A DNA stretch of 62,921 nucleotides, filler included, from Reticulomyxa filosa (Eukaryota > Protista > Foraminifera), in assembly GCA_000512085.1 (NCBI GenBank). It is 20 parts of 20 records of this genome, joined end to end, with 100 filler letters (N's around TTAATTAATTAA, not from the genome) between each part and the next. Parts side by side here need not be neighbours in the genome. Positions count along the whole stretch, not along the records: positions 49,577 to 52,185 come from ASPP01040030.1; positions 52,286 to 55,930 come from ASPP01025529.1; positions 56,031 to 57,326 come from ASPP01008829.1; positions 57,427 to 62,921 come from ASPP01026623.1; 16 more parts are not named here. One strand, 5' to 3'. The stretch's first letter is position 1, and every line of letters begins with the position of its first letter. The position numbers and the translations under genes are program-made. This document shows positions 51,598 through 62,921 of this stretch, piece after piece. The notes beneath the pieces were generated by a model, which was given only the letters and a program-made list of their open reading frames with translations, made no database searches and was not told where the DNA came from.

Positions 51598-52185
51598 ATG
51601 GACGATGCAGTAACATTGATCAAAAAAGCTCTGCAACTGCGGAAAGAGTTACCAGTTGCGACAATAACGGATGAAACGCTCGCCAAAAAATTGGTTGAAA
51701 ATAAAGGAAACTTGGAATTGACCAAAAAGCAACTTAACAATTTGTTCGTTGTATCTAATGTTTGATTTAGTTTTTTTTCTCTCCCCACTCCAACTAAGAA
51801 TTGATCATTTGATAAAAAAAAAGGAGGTTTACAAAGGTATATTAATAAACAAACAAACAAAAAGAAATAAAGGCAATTTTAAGGCAGTAGGAAAATTTGC
51901 AAGGCAAATGAGTACATTAAAAAAAATGTTTGGGGACACTGTTTCGGATGAGGCATTGCTGGACACAATGGAAAAGTATGAAGGCGACGTCGAGTTAGTG
52001 GTGGACGAATTAGTATGGGCAAGCGAGGCGATTGATGCGGTCGCAGACGAAGAAAACAAAGAAGACGTTGACTTTTCTGCCGAGGTGTTTGTGAACGATC
52101 CAATGTATGTCAAGCAAGTCCAAGTGATTCAAATGATTGACAACGAAATGAAAAATCAGTTTTGTTGTTTTTTTTTTTTTTTTTG
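51598..52185 (+). CDS. Protein with tandem CUE/UBA-like helical domains, 5' part
   Basis: LRKELPVATITDETLAKKLVENKGNLELTKKQL and LKKMFGDTVSDEALLDTMEKYEGDVELVVDEL, separated by an intron. Confidence 0.45.
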
Positions 52186-52589
52186 NNNNNNNNNNNNNNN
52201 NNNNNNNNNNNNNNNNNNNNNNNNNNNNNTTAATTAATTAANNNNNNNNNNNNNNNNNNNNNNNNNNNNNNNNNNNNNNNNNNNNAATTGAAAAGGAGTG
52301 GGAAAATAAATTGAAAAGGGGTGGGAAAATAAATATGAAAAGATGTAAAAGTTAGTGGAAAATTTTTTTTAAAAGAAAAATGAAGAAAAATAAAAAAAGA
52401 ATAATAAGAAATAAAAAAGAAATGAAAAAAAATGTAAAAGAAAAATAAAATTAAAAAAATGACAATGAGAAAAAAAGTAAAAAGATGGAAAAAAAAAAGG
52501 AGAAAAGAGAAAGAAAAAAATAGTAGAAAAAAGAAAAAAAGAAAAAAAAAGTAGATAAATTGTAAGAAAAAAGTGAAATTGTTCACTTA

Positions 52590-55500
52590 AAACTTGGAAA
52601 ATGGCGTATGGCCACACGCGAACATCAAATCGATAAAGTGGGAGTGGCAAGATATTGTGGATGCAACTAGAATGGTGGAGAAGTTTGAGTTGACGAACAA
52701 GAACTCTGTCATCGTGGAAATTGGAGCAAATTTTATGTCAATAGAGTATTGGAGATCGATCGATACTATCGAACAGTATACGTGCGTGTATTCGCAACTT
52801 TGGATTTTTGGCCGTAAGTGTGCCGATATAGGGAGCTCGAGCGACATTGGGCGTTGGTGAATAGAAAAAAATTGTTTTTTCTCAATCGTTGCAAGGATCG
52901 AATACCTTGCATTTGTCAAACAATAGATTATCTTTGATGAATAGTATCTGGATCAACTATGGACCGACGAGCGACTTTTAGATAAGACGCAATAAGCTGT
53001 AGTTGTTGCATTGTTTCAGCACTTGGAGAACAATTGATCGCAAATTCATTTGGTAGCACTGGAAAAGTTAGTCAAATTATCACGGACCAATCGCATACAA
53101 TATGAACATTATGCCGCAAGATTCGAAACCAAGTCACCAATAAGAAAAAAGGCGAGTGAGAATAGAAGAAAAAGAATAAAAAGCAAGCATCGCGTTGGAT
53201 TTGTTTGAAAGAAAAAAAGCAGTCGGCCAGCATTATTGAACTTGGTTATGAAATCCTGCTTCATGTCCGGAAAAACGCAAATTCGCCACTCGCGGGCGTT
53301 GACTAGCTTCACATATCGCTCACTAATAAAAAATGCTGAAGAAGTTTGACAATATTTGTCAATTGTAATTCGAAGCATTAAAAGGAATGTATTTTCCATC
53401 AACGTAGGTGCAATCAAGTTTGCGGATAACTCTTGGAGTGGCCAAAGATAGTATCAAAAGGCGATTTACCAGCGTCAAAGACAAAGAAAACTTGGTCGTT
53501 ATGGAAATGACCATAATTTTCTTAACGCATGGACGTGCGAAAATTGGTTGTGTGCGTACGCAAAGTCGCAACTTGGATTTTGCATCATTAACTCGCGGGC
53601 GACGTTAAGAATTGTTGATTGTTGAAGAAAAATAGAATATGCAAATGTTCCGTTCATTCAATCAGACCAAGTGTTCAGCATCACAACGCCGACGATAGCA
53701 TGTGGACTCTTAGTTGGAAAACCGATATTGAGTTGGAGCAATTTGGTAAGATTCTAACAGACCAATCCCAAAAAATATCTAGACATTGGCGCAGCGATGG
53801 ACCGACAAGAAGTGGAAGACGATACAGAAAAGGATGTGAACATTGTGAGAGAATCAGCAACATTGCGATCAAGCAACCCACTACATCGTGTGGATCATTA
53901 CATGTGATAATGGCTCATTTAGTTGTTCAAAATTCACAATACACTGGCAAGAAAGTATATGAATATGATTATGAGGAAGCCGAAAAGAATAAAAAGAATG
54001 ACATGTCTGCATCGCATTGGATTTGGTTAAAAGACAAAAAAAATCAGTCGCCGTCTTATTGAAATTAGTCATGGACTTGCTCTTTACGTCTCGAAACGCT
54101 CAAAGTCTATATTCGCCAGCGTCGACTAACTTCCAATAGCGCGCCTCAACGGAAAATATCGAACAAATATGTCAATGTATAGTAGCGGCAGCCCGAAGTA
54201 TTTGGAGAAGTTGTTTATAATCAACGTAAGCGAACACAAGTCTCTGATGCTGTGCCACACCAATAATTATCCAAATAAAGTATTCAACTGCGATCTACGG
54301 GCGCCAACGAGCAAGTGAATCTTTGTGTTTATGTTATTGTCTTGCATGTATAAAATTAGGTCCATTTCCATAACGCACGAGTTTGTGCAATCGCGTCGAA
54401 ACTGATCCTGTGCATGCGCGCACGTGCACAAGTTTGGATTTTAAGTCATACTAATACTGATTGGATGGATCATAAGTTCGATGACAACATTTAGCGCTGA
54501 GCATTCTCAGACATGGACGAATTTTACATATTGCACCCACTACAGACTCCCCTCTACAATGGAAGCTGCTGTAATGATGGGACAATGCCAAGAGTATTGC
54601 CAATTATGCTATGGCGACAACGGCCAAATACAGTCCGTGCTATCTTTTAATCATTTGTCAGAACATTGGACTGGTGTTGTGAACGTCAATACTTGGGTAC
54701 CGCTGCTGTATTCCACAATTTGGTTTGGTGTGCGCGAGTGATCTAATGCTATGGCCCGTTTGTTACAAAAAGTAACAAAGTTGTGCCAATCGAGAATTGG
54801 ATCGACTATTCAAAAGTCGCTCCATTATTTGGGAATCAAAAAAAAGGCTGTGTATTGGCAATGTGTGGTGTCACTGTGCAATGCTAGGTGGAACGTAGAC
54901 AATATTTCACGTCAGCGGTCGAGTCCCTTCACTACTTTCCACACGGGCTTGTTGTTATTCGGCTGATCATTTATATCTGCTTCTTCCAATTTCCGTTACC
55001 TGTCGTTATAATTGTGTTTGTGTTCATTCATTGCAAAAGTTTTTATACGTATACATTTTTTTTTTTAAATATGTACATATCAATAATTAATAGTAACATA
55101 ACATTTTTATACGTATATAGATTATTATTTGTATGTATGTGATATATGTTGATGGAAATTTTTTATAGAATTTCAAAGTTTAACAAGAAATTTTGTAATG
55201 CTGATGGACACGTTTTTGCTGTTTACATTGTGTTTGTGCTGCAGCGAGTTCCCAGCAATAATGTCAATAGTAACAGCAACGACAATGAAAATACAAGTGG
55301 CATCATGGCCGAATTATTCTGAGTGATAATCATATGCTATCTAGTCATGTAGGCCGCACTACAACACACATGTCGTCATTTTTCAATAAAATTTATTTGT
55401 TCATCATTGAATAAATGTCGTTTTAAATGGTGGAGTTCATCAAATATGGATCATGGTATTGCATTTTGAGTTACGTGTATTTGGAAAAAGAAATTGAAGA

Positions 55501-55740
55501 TCCGTGTGTGTATAATGTGGCAAATGACGGATTGAAAGTGTTGATCAGATGATATGTTTATTGTATGTGCAACCTATATTCCAAGTTATAGTGTTTTCTT
55601 ATAATGTGATTGGAAAATTGTTGAAACATGTATCAACACAAATGTATAACATAGATATCCAAAGAATCAAATACCTGTCTATCGAACAACTGGAAAGTAG
55701 CTGTTGTAGTTGCGGTGCCAGTAAGCAAATGTGAAGTGAA
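52590..55740 (+). pseudogene. Long decayed coding-like region, family not recognised
   Basis: GC is elevated to coding-like levels over about 3 kb with intron-like interruptions, but only short broken ORFs remain in all frames. Confidence 0.4.
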
Positions 55741-56053
55741 AGTTGGACAACTCCAAGTTGTTAGCATATTTGATCGCAAATGTTTGACACTTGTCTCAAG
55801 TTTTTATTAAAAAATTGCTTTGCGTGAATTGTCGTTTGTGCGATTTCTTGAATGATAAGTTCAACAACAGTTCTCCAGTTCACCTGATATCTTTATAATC
55901 CAATTAAATTTCTTGTAAAAAAATTTCTGANNNNNNNNNNNNNNNNNNNNNNNNNNNNNNNNNNNNNNNNNNNNTTAATTAATTAANNNNNNNNNNNNNN
56001 NNNNNNNNNNNNNNNNNNNNNNNNNNNNNNAGACTGACAAAGAATCCGTATAT

Positions 56054-56084
<31 letters not shown>

Positions 56085-56087
<3 letters not shown>

Positions 56088-57154
56088 TATGAAAACTGCT
56101 CGACTGCCAGGTGATTGTAATTTGACAATAGATGGGACTTGAGTAATCGAAGGCTCAATGGTGAGCGGTGGTGGAGGGCCACTCCCAATGTGTTTGGGCA
56201 GGTCGTTGGAAAGAAGTGCATGTTCATGGTTCAGCTCGGTGACCATGTCGGCGTCTTCGTATTGGTCTTGAGACGTCTCCAAAGAGGACTCTTCGGCTGT
56301 GAACTCGATTCCTTCCACGGTTAGTGTTTCCGTGTGAGTGTAGCCTTTGTAATTGGGAGATTTCATGCTTAAGCCATCACTATTTTGCCGCGTCTTGACG
56401 GCGGGGATAAATGGATTTGAGTTATTTGATGTGTGTTTGTGATGATTGGCATTGCCATTGCTATGATGATGTTGTTGGTTATTATTCATATTATTTGAAT
56501 TATTGTCATTGTTTGTAGTTTTATTTTTATGTTCATTGTTTTTTTATTGTTATTGTTATTATTATTATTATCATTATTATTATCATTATTATTATCATTA
56601 TTATTATCATTATTATTGTCATTATTATCATTGTTATTATTGCCGGTGGTATCAATGGCAGTTGGATGAGTGTTATTTAAAGTATTGCTATAGTAATTAC
56701 TTTGCGTCATCATCCACGCAGTTTTTTGTAAAGTAATGCTATTGTCTTTGTATTCCACACTTTGATTTTCTTCCTCGTCCTCATTGATTTTACTTTTCTT
56801 TTTTGTTTCATCAGTCGCCCCGTTGTGCTTCCCTTTTGTCTTAGCTTTGGTCTTTGTCTTTCCTTTGGCTTTCGTTTTATCTTTCTTTTGGTCTGCCGAT
56901 GTCGTCGTTGCTGTTGCCGTCGCTACTGCTGATGCCATTGCCACGGCTGTTGTTGCTGTTGTTGCTGATGTCGCTGTCGCGGTCGTTACTGCTGATGACG
57001 CTGTCGCTGTTGTGCTCGCTGTGCCTGCTGTCTTTGTCTTTGCTTCGCCGTTGGTCTTGTTCTTCGTTTCTGCACCTCCTCCCTTTCCAGGGCTATCTTT
57101 GCTCTTGTTTACTTTTTCCGCATTTTTTGCTTCCACTGAGCCACAGCAGCCCAT
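56085..57154 (-). CDS. Dually acylated (MGCCGS) low-complexity protein, first exon
   Basis: N-myristoylation/palmitoylation motif; Ala/Thr, Lys and Asn tracts; a frame change at the poly-Asn/A-run near 56540. Confidence 0.65.
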
Positions 57155-57619
57155 CGTGTCTTTTTACTATTCTATCTTATTTGCCTTCCTTTGGATCGGT
57201 AGTTTACATTACACACATATACATGTACATATACATATGTTATATTGTTTATTATATATGTATATATATTTTTTTTTTTTAAAAAAAAAAAAAAAAGGGC
57301 AGAAGGAAAGCAAGGGAGGAAAAAAANNNNNNNNNNNNNNNNNNNNNNNNNNNNNNNNNNNNNNNNNNNNTTAATTAATTAANNNNNNNNNNNNNNNNNN
57401 NNNNNNNNNNNNNNNNNNNNNNNNNNTTCTTTTTTGACAACAAAGAATACAGCTTCAGCGACCTTTGCTCGCAGAAAAGAAAAGAGAAATAGTATTAAAA
57501 GCAAATCATGGCAGAAACAAGCGATTTACGACATTAGGGAAGTAGTCTTAGCGACAGAAGAAGAAAGAATAATGGAACAATGAATCACGAATAAGCATTG
57601 ATTGATTGGCAAGTATGTG

Positions 57620-59010
57620 GATCACATTATCGAGCACAAGATCGGGTAATTGGAAAAATATCAATGGAAAGATTATATTCATTCATAACCACATCTGATA
57701 AGAAAATTTGATGAAAATTTTTATTGTATTGCTTTGGGCTATGATAATGAATTGAAGAAAGCTTAGACATCAGTCGACTTGGAAAAAATATGAATTTCCT
57801 GATAGCCAAGTCCTCATTGTTAATTTGATGTGCATTGACGACCCTGCTGTAGATCATAACCCACCAAAACAAGCAACCAAATTTACTTGATGTTGGTGAC
57901 CAAGCTGAAGTCGTATTTGCTTCAAAAATGCCATTAGTTATGATCTCCTTTGATTAGTGCATACTATTGAATATGTCAAAAAGAATTTCTTGTATATATA
58001 TAATATACATCCATATTTGTGATGCCTTTTTTGATTGGAGAAAAATATCCTTTCGAAACAAAACTGTATTTTCTTGCGAATAAAGAATGAATGATTTGCC
58101 CCTTTAAAAAAAAAGAAAAAAATGTGGGGAGGCTGAGACCATGGATGTCAGGATTTTTTCTTGGTCACATACGAAAGTATGAATTCTAAAACTCGTATTG
58201 TGTTAGCGAGTTAGTCTTCAGTACTTTTTAAATTTCTTTTTCTCATTCCAAAAAAAATTTTATTTAGCCAAAGAGACAAAAACTATTAAACAAAGATCAA
58301 ATTGAATCGTTTTCATTGCTTGTTCGTAGTTTTTCCACTCTTTCCAAGCGTCTTGATAAGTATGGTCTTTCAGGTTATTGCTCATAACTAGTACTAAATC
58401 CTTCAAGACATTTTTTAACTCTAAAAAAATTTGTAATACATTGACATAGCTGACATGTCTACTAAACCAAATTACTGAAATCAAGCAAAATCCAAAACTT
58501 GGGGTCAATCTGAAGCTCCGTTTACAACTCAATCAAAAACTTCTGAAAAACAACATCCTTTTGCTAGTCGCCAACAAGCGCTAACAATATATTCTACTCA
58601 CTGTCCCTTTATCAACAACGCTTTGATATCGCAAATCCATGGAAGTTGTGTCTTGTGCCAACTCGATTAGCTTCACTAAATCAGGAGTCATAAATACGTA
58701 CATCTTGAAAGGGGTAGAACAATATCTTTATAATATTCCGTATGCACAGTGTGATCGTGATTTGCCAACTCTTCTATCAATGAGACAAATAAATGGTGAC
58801 CTGCCAGCAATACATAACAATTTAATGGTTTCTTTAGCATTCAAATTTTCATCTCGACATTCATTCTGGCCGAGAGATCATTGAATAGTGATTGTAGTTT
58901 TCACTAAATGATAAGTGCGTTGCATCTCACCAGGGTTGACAAGTTGGCGATGTAGTATCCACTGAAATGTTTTGTACTAGTCATTGTCTAAAAAAGTCTT
59001 GTCCGAAAAG
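57620..59010 (-). pseudogene. Decayed coding-like fragments, family not recognised
   Basis: Short protein-like minus-strand frames broken by many stops. Confidence 0.3.
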
Positions 59011-60035
59011 GAGACCTGTAAGTTAGATGAATCGTCAATGTGGGCAAACTCTCCTTCTTCCTTCTCTTTTCTTTGTGCTTTTCTTCCATTGAAGCAAAGA
59101 TTAAAGTCGCACAATATTCTTCAACTATAAATTATTTTTGTGACTCCAAATCAGAAATAACGACGAACTGTTCATTGCAATTTTTTCTATGTATACGTAC
59201 ATGCTTTTATAATTGTACATTGTTACAGTATCAAACAAATATATATACATCTATAGATTTTATATAAATATGCACGTGCACTGCATGGTAAGAAGGAGCA
59301 ATCGATTGATCAATAGTGTAATATTTAACGATGTATTCACACTATACATTTTTTTGCAGTGGCTCCATCTTTTCCACCATTAGAAAAAGCAGTTTTTTGG
59401 CTGATTCGTACGCTCGTTGCGTGCCAAACTTATACAAAAACTGCTCTACATAAATAATGTACGTGTAACTATACATTCGATCCATTGCCAGAATGTTCAA
59501 GTAGGCTAATTAATGTTGTAATATGTCGTGTTGAATTGTAATTTCTTATTTTCAAAATATTTCATATGTTGCACTCGAATATGCATTTAAATTCTATAAT
59601 CGAAAATATAAATATCTTGTATTGATTATCATAAAAATTCATCTTATTGCTGTTGCTTAGTTTTATTTGGCTTGTGCCCTCCTTGGACGTAAAGCAAAGA
59701 ACCAATATATCTTTTCTGTGATATATGCAATATGAAAACAAGCGTCACTCGTAAGAATCTGCTACTTTGGAGAAGTCACAAGAGATTGTAACTTTGTTTC
59801 GTCTTTAAAGTGAAAGTTGAAAAGATGATATCTTGTCTTAGCTAAAAACTCACGAAGTTGAGTAGTTTTTAAGATATAGATAGTTTGATGATGCAGGGGT
59901 TTCTATCTCAATTTTTGACTACACAAAACGAGAATTTGTGGAAATATTGCAAATAAAATTTATTTTTAAAAAATGAAAAATAAATATTATTAGTGAGTTA
60001 TTCTATCAAATCAAAATTATGTTTAAAAAAATTTA

Positions 60036-60236
60036 GAAAACGTGTTACAAGGTGGAGTGCAGTTCAAGCTTTTTTATTTTTGTCTTTGTAATGTTTGCGT
60101 TTTGGAAGCCAATAACAAAGACTCTATTACTTCTTGCTTTCATATCTGAAATAAAAACCAACATCCTGTAAGTGTTTTTTGCTCAAAGAGTTTTTTAAAA
60201 AGATAATCAAAGTAACTCGTGAACTATCGAACAAAT
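60036..60236 (-). repeat. Dispersed repeat family 2, copy B
   Basis: Aligns with 61529-61724 in direct orientation and with 25848-25956 in inverted orientation. Confidence 0.65.
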
Positions 60237-61528
60237 AAACATCTACACATATATGCAAATAATTTGAGAAAATATAGAGACTACATATCATTAAATTGAA
60301 TTGTGAATTGATTCGGCATTACATTGTATTGAAAACTATTTTTCTTCGTGACCAACTTTGTTTTTTCAATGTGTTCCTCGTAATTAGTCTATATTTTTGC
60401 AAAATCGATTCATTTCCGTCATTTTTTATTTTGTCTTCAGTCTCATTGATAACTAGAACTTGTGTCCTTCAAAGCATTGCGGGCACGAGTTTACGAATAT
60501 GTTGCTGCAATATTAAGTGCCAAATAAATAAATGCAAACAAATAGTAGGAAGTTCATGACACATCACTTTGGCATATACACTATTATATAACCACTTTGT
60601 GTATATGCGCATAAGACCTATTGATTGGACTACAATAATAATTTATTTTCCTCCCTACGTATAATGTTTTTTTCAGCTAGATCAGAATGTGAATCTGCGC
60701 AATCCATATAACATACATACTACCTTCAAACTCACATCAGTCAATGTTTTTTATATCCTTTAAATCACACTCATGTGATTAATTGGAAATTATCTTTGGA
60801 TTGTGTATCATTATGATGGTAAGTACTTTTTATGTAAAAATTATTATTTATGGTTTAAAAGAAAATATGAAAAAAAAATGTAATTGTATTGGACGATACA
60901 TGTATGGATAGAAATTAAGAAAGAATGACGGCATATTTTGATCCTGGTGATAATAAACCAACATTAAAAATTGAGTGGTATCATTTTTTTTATTTGGTGT
61001 GATTAAATATTGTTGTGTTTTTTAACATATTGATCCAATTGTGCGTCGAATTTTTACTTAAAAGAGTAACAGTTTTATTGCGTCTGAATAGAACGAATTA
61101 ATGCGACGATAATTTAATACAAGCGAATATTCGGTAATCATTACTGCTTTGACTGGTAATCGAAGAATGGTTTCAGTCTTAATTCGATCAGATTATCTCG
61201 TTCTTAATGGCTTCTTCCAAGTGAATTGATTTTTAAAAAACTTTTATTTTTGGTTTTGGTTTTTCATTTATGTTGTGTACGTATATGCATACGATTTTTA
61301 AATAACTAGTGTTTGTACGTATTTTAAAAAATAAAAATTTAAATTATATTGTTAATGCTTTAATGAATACTTTTTGTTCAAATTTGTTTTGTGATTTTTG
61401 CTGTTGGATTATGTGTATATCGATGCTTTTGCGTTTTTTATCAGTAAAAAACATTTTTGATTTTTTGAAATTGTGGGTCATTTTTTATTTTTTTTGAACC
61501 GATTTTTTAAAATTAACCAGTTTTTTTC

Positions 61529-61724
61529 GAAAAGTGTTCGCGGGGGGGGGGATGTAGTTCAATTTTTTTTATTTTGCTCTTTGTAATGTTTGTGTTTCGA
61601 GAACAAACAATAAAGATTTGTTAACTGTTTGCTGTCAAAAATGGTCCACTACAACTATGATGTTTTCATTAAGCGTTCTTTTGTCAAAAAGAAATGAAAG
61701 CTATAACCGGACTAACGAACAAAT
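61529..61724 (-). repeat. Dispersed repeat family 2, copy C
   Basis: Shares gtgtt..gg..tg.agttcaa.tttttt.atttt..tctttgtaatgtttg.gttt and acta.cgaacaaat with copy B. Confidence 0.65.
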
Positions 61725-62921
61725 TGATTATATTACTTTGCGAAATCGCCGATAGAATTGTCCAATACTTATATGCTTCGTTGCTACTTTTTCAATGGCA
61801 TAATGCATTTGACCGAGTTTTGTATCGAAACAACAATATCAATGAAAATAGTAATAATAATGGTGATAAATATTAATATTTGCAGAATGGCTAAATCTTT
61901 TTTCTTGATATTACTCAATTTGATCGTCTCATCGACAATGTCGACCGTAAGTATCAATTTCAAATTTTGAAACTGTTTTGTTTGTCACTCATTGATGAAT
62001 TATCTTTTTTTTTTGTTAATATTTTTGTTGATGCGAAAGTTGTTTATCCAGCAAAACTTCCATTTGATAATGACAATGGTGATATGAAATTTGACAACAT
62101 TTCATTGTATCCTTTCGCTTTTTCAACACTTTGTAAATTAGTCGTCAAATGTACGGCATGGCTTGAACAGAGAAAGAAGTTTTTTTTTTTTTTGAAGACA
62201 GGCCGAACAATTTGAACTAATTTTGACAAAGTAAATTTCGGTACCATACACTAAAAGCAAGTAGAGAACATGAGCTATTGTGTAAAAGTGACAAATTTAC
62301 CTCATGACTTTGAGGAGAAAGACGCTGTAGAGATGTTCGACGACATTGCGGCCAACGAGCATTTCTTGTGCTAAAAAATTGAATGAACGCAATTGAAACC
62401 ATTGAGTCTTGCGCACATTCAATGTACAATCGCTTGATTGGACCAATCAGTTTTCTTGAAATAAAAAACAACAAACAACAAGAATTTGTATTTTGAATAT
62501 ATGTAGAATATTTTTTTAAAAACTGATCAGATAAAGACCGGATTATCGGTTACCTTGCTTAATGGAGATTTACGTGTTTCGTGAAGCTATTATTATATAT
62601 TTTGTGTATATGTATTCATTTATTTCGTAAAAAAACAAATAAACAGACAGAATCTGAAATGGAAGAAAAATCGGTTCGAGTAAGTATATTGTCATTTTCT
62701 AATTCAAAAAGCAAAAAGCTTAAGTGCATGTCGTTATTCTTATCTAAATGACAACAACAAACTTGAAACCAGTACCAACTCCATCAGCAAATCGTTAAAA
62801 AAAAAAATAACGTATAAATATTTTTAAGATGTGTATACGTTTGTACCTTCATGTACATTACAGGTCTCAATTGTGGATGTGTTGTATTATTATATGAGAT
62901 AAATCTTTCTTCAAAAATTTT

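Noticed and set aside
52286-52586. A/G-rich stretch with a short tandem duplication and Phe-rich reverse ORFs
   Set aside because: Low-complexity, probably low-quality contig start with no coding signal.
3282-57426. Regularly recurring TTAATTAATTAA palindrome as a biological repeat or CRISPR-like array
   Set aside because: It is always centred in exactly 44+44 Ns, so it is an artificial six-frame-stop linker. ORFs that run into it, and gene neighbourhoods across it, are artefacts.
1-62921. rRNA, tRNA, CRISPR arrays, prokaryotic operons or intact transposase/reverse transcriptase
   Set aside because: None was recognised by eye. tRNAscan/Infernal would be needed to exclude small RNAs.

Overview
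This window is AT-rich eukaryotic genomic DNA, not one locus. It consists of 20 short contig pieces joined by 19 artificial 100-bp linkers (44 N + TTAATTAATTAA + 44 N), so neighbourhood only has meaning within a piece. Short GT-AG introns full of poly-A/T and (TA)n/(CATA)n tracts, a highly divergent alpha-tubulin, a caspase-like gene, an RNF213-like gene and many pseudogenes suggest a foraminiferan such as Reticulomyxa filosa (inference, no search run). Recognisable, mostly partial, genes are DnaJ, a redox-inactive PDI-like protein, STI1/HOP, RNF213/mysterin-like, SAM+SPRY-like, a myristoylated EF-hand protein, a caspase-like C14 peptidase, vWA, a class C-like GPCR, TFIIE-alpha, TRAF-zinc-finger+PH, CAP-Gly, an ABHD17-like hydrolase and PP4R1. 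Pseudogenes include alpha-tubulin, WD40, GT77-like and GH47. The most notable observations are: a small Cys-rich two-exon gene missed by the ORF track (4928-5323); an RNF213-like protein whose RZ finger keeps its Zn ligands but lacks the catalytic Cys/His; a GPCR with an OpuAC-like ectodomain; and two dispersed repeat families, one with a TA|CAGTA terminus that abuts truncated pseudogenes. All family assignments come from motif recognition by eye.
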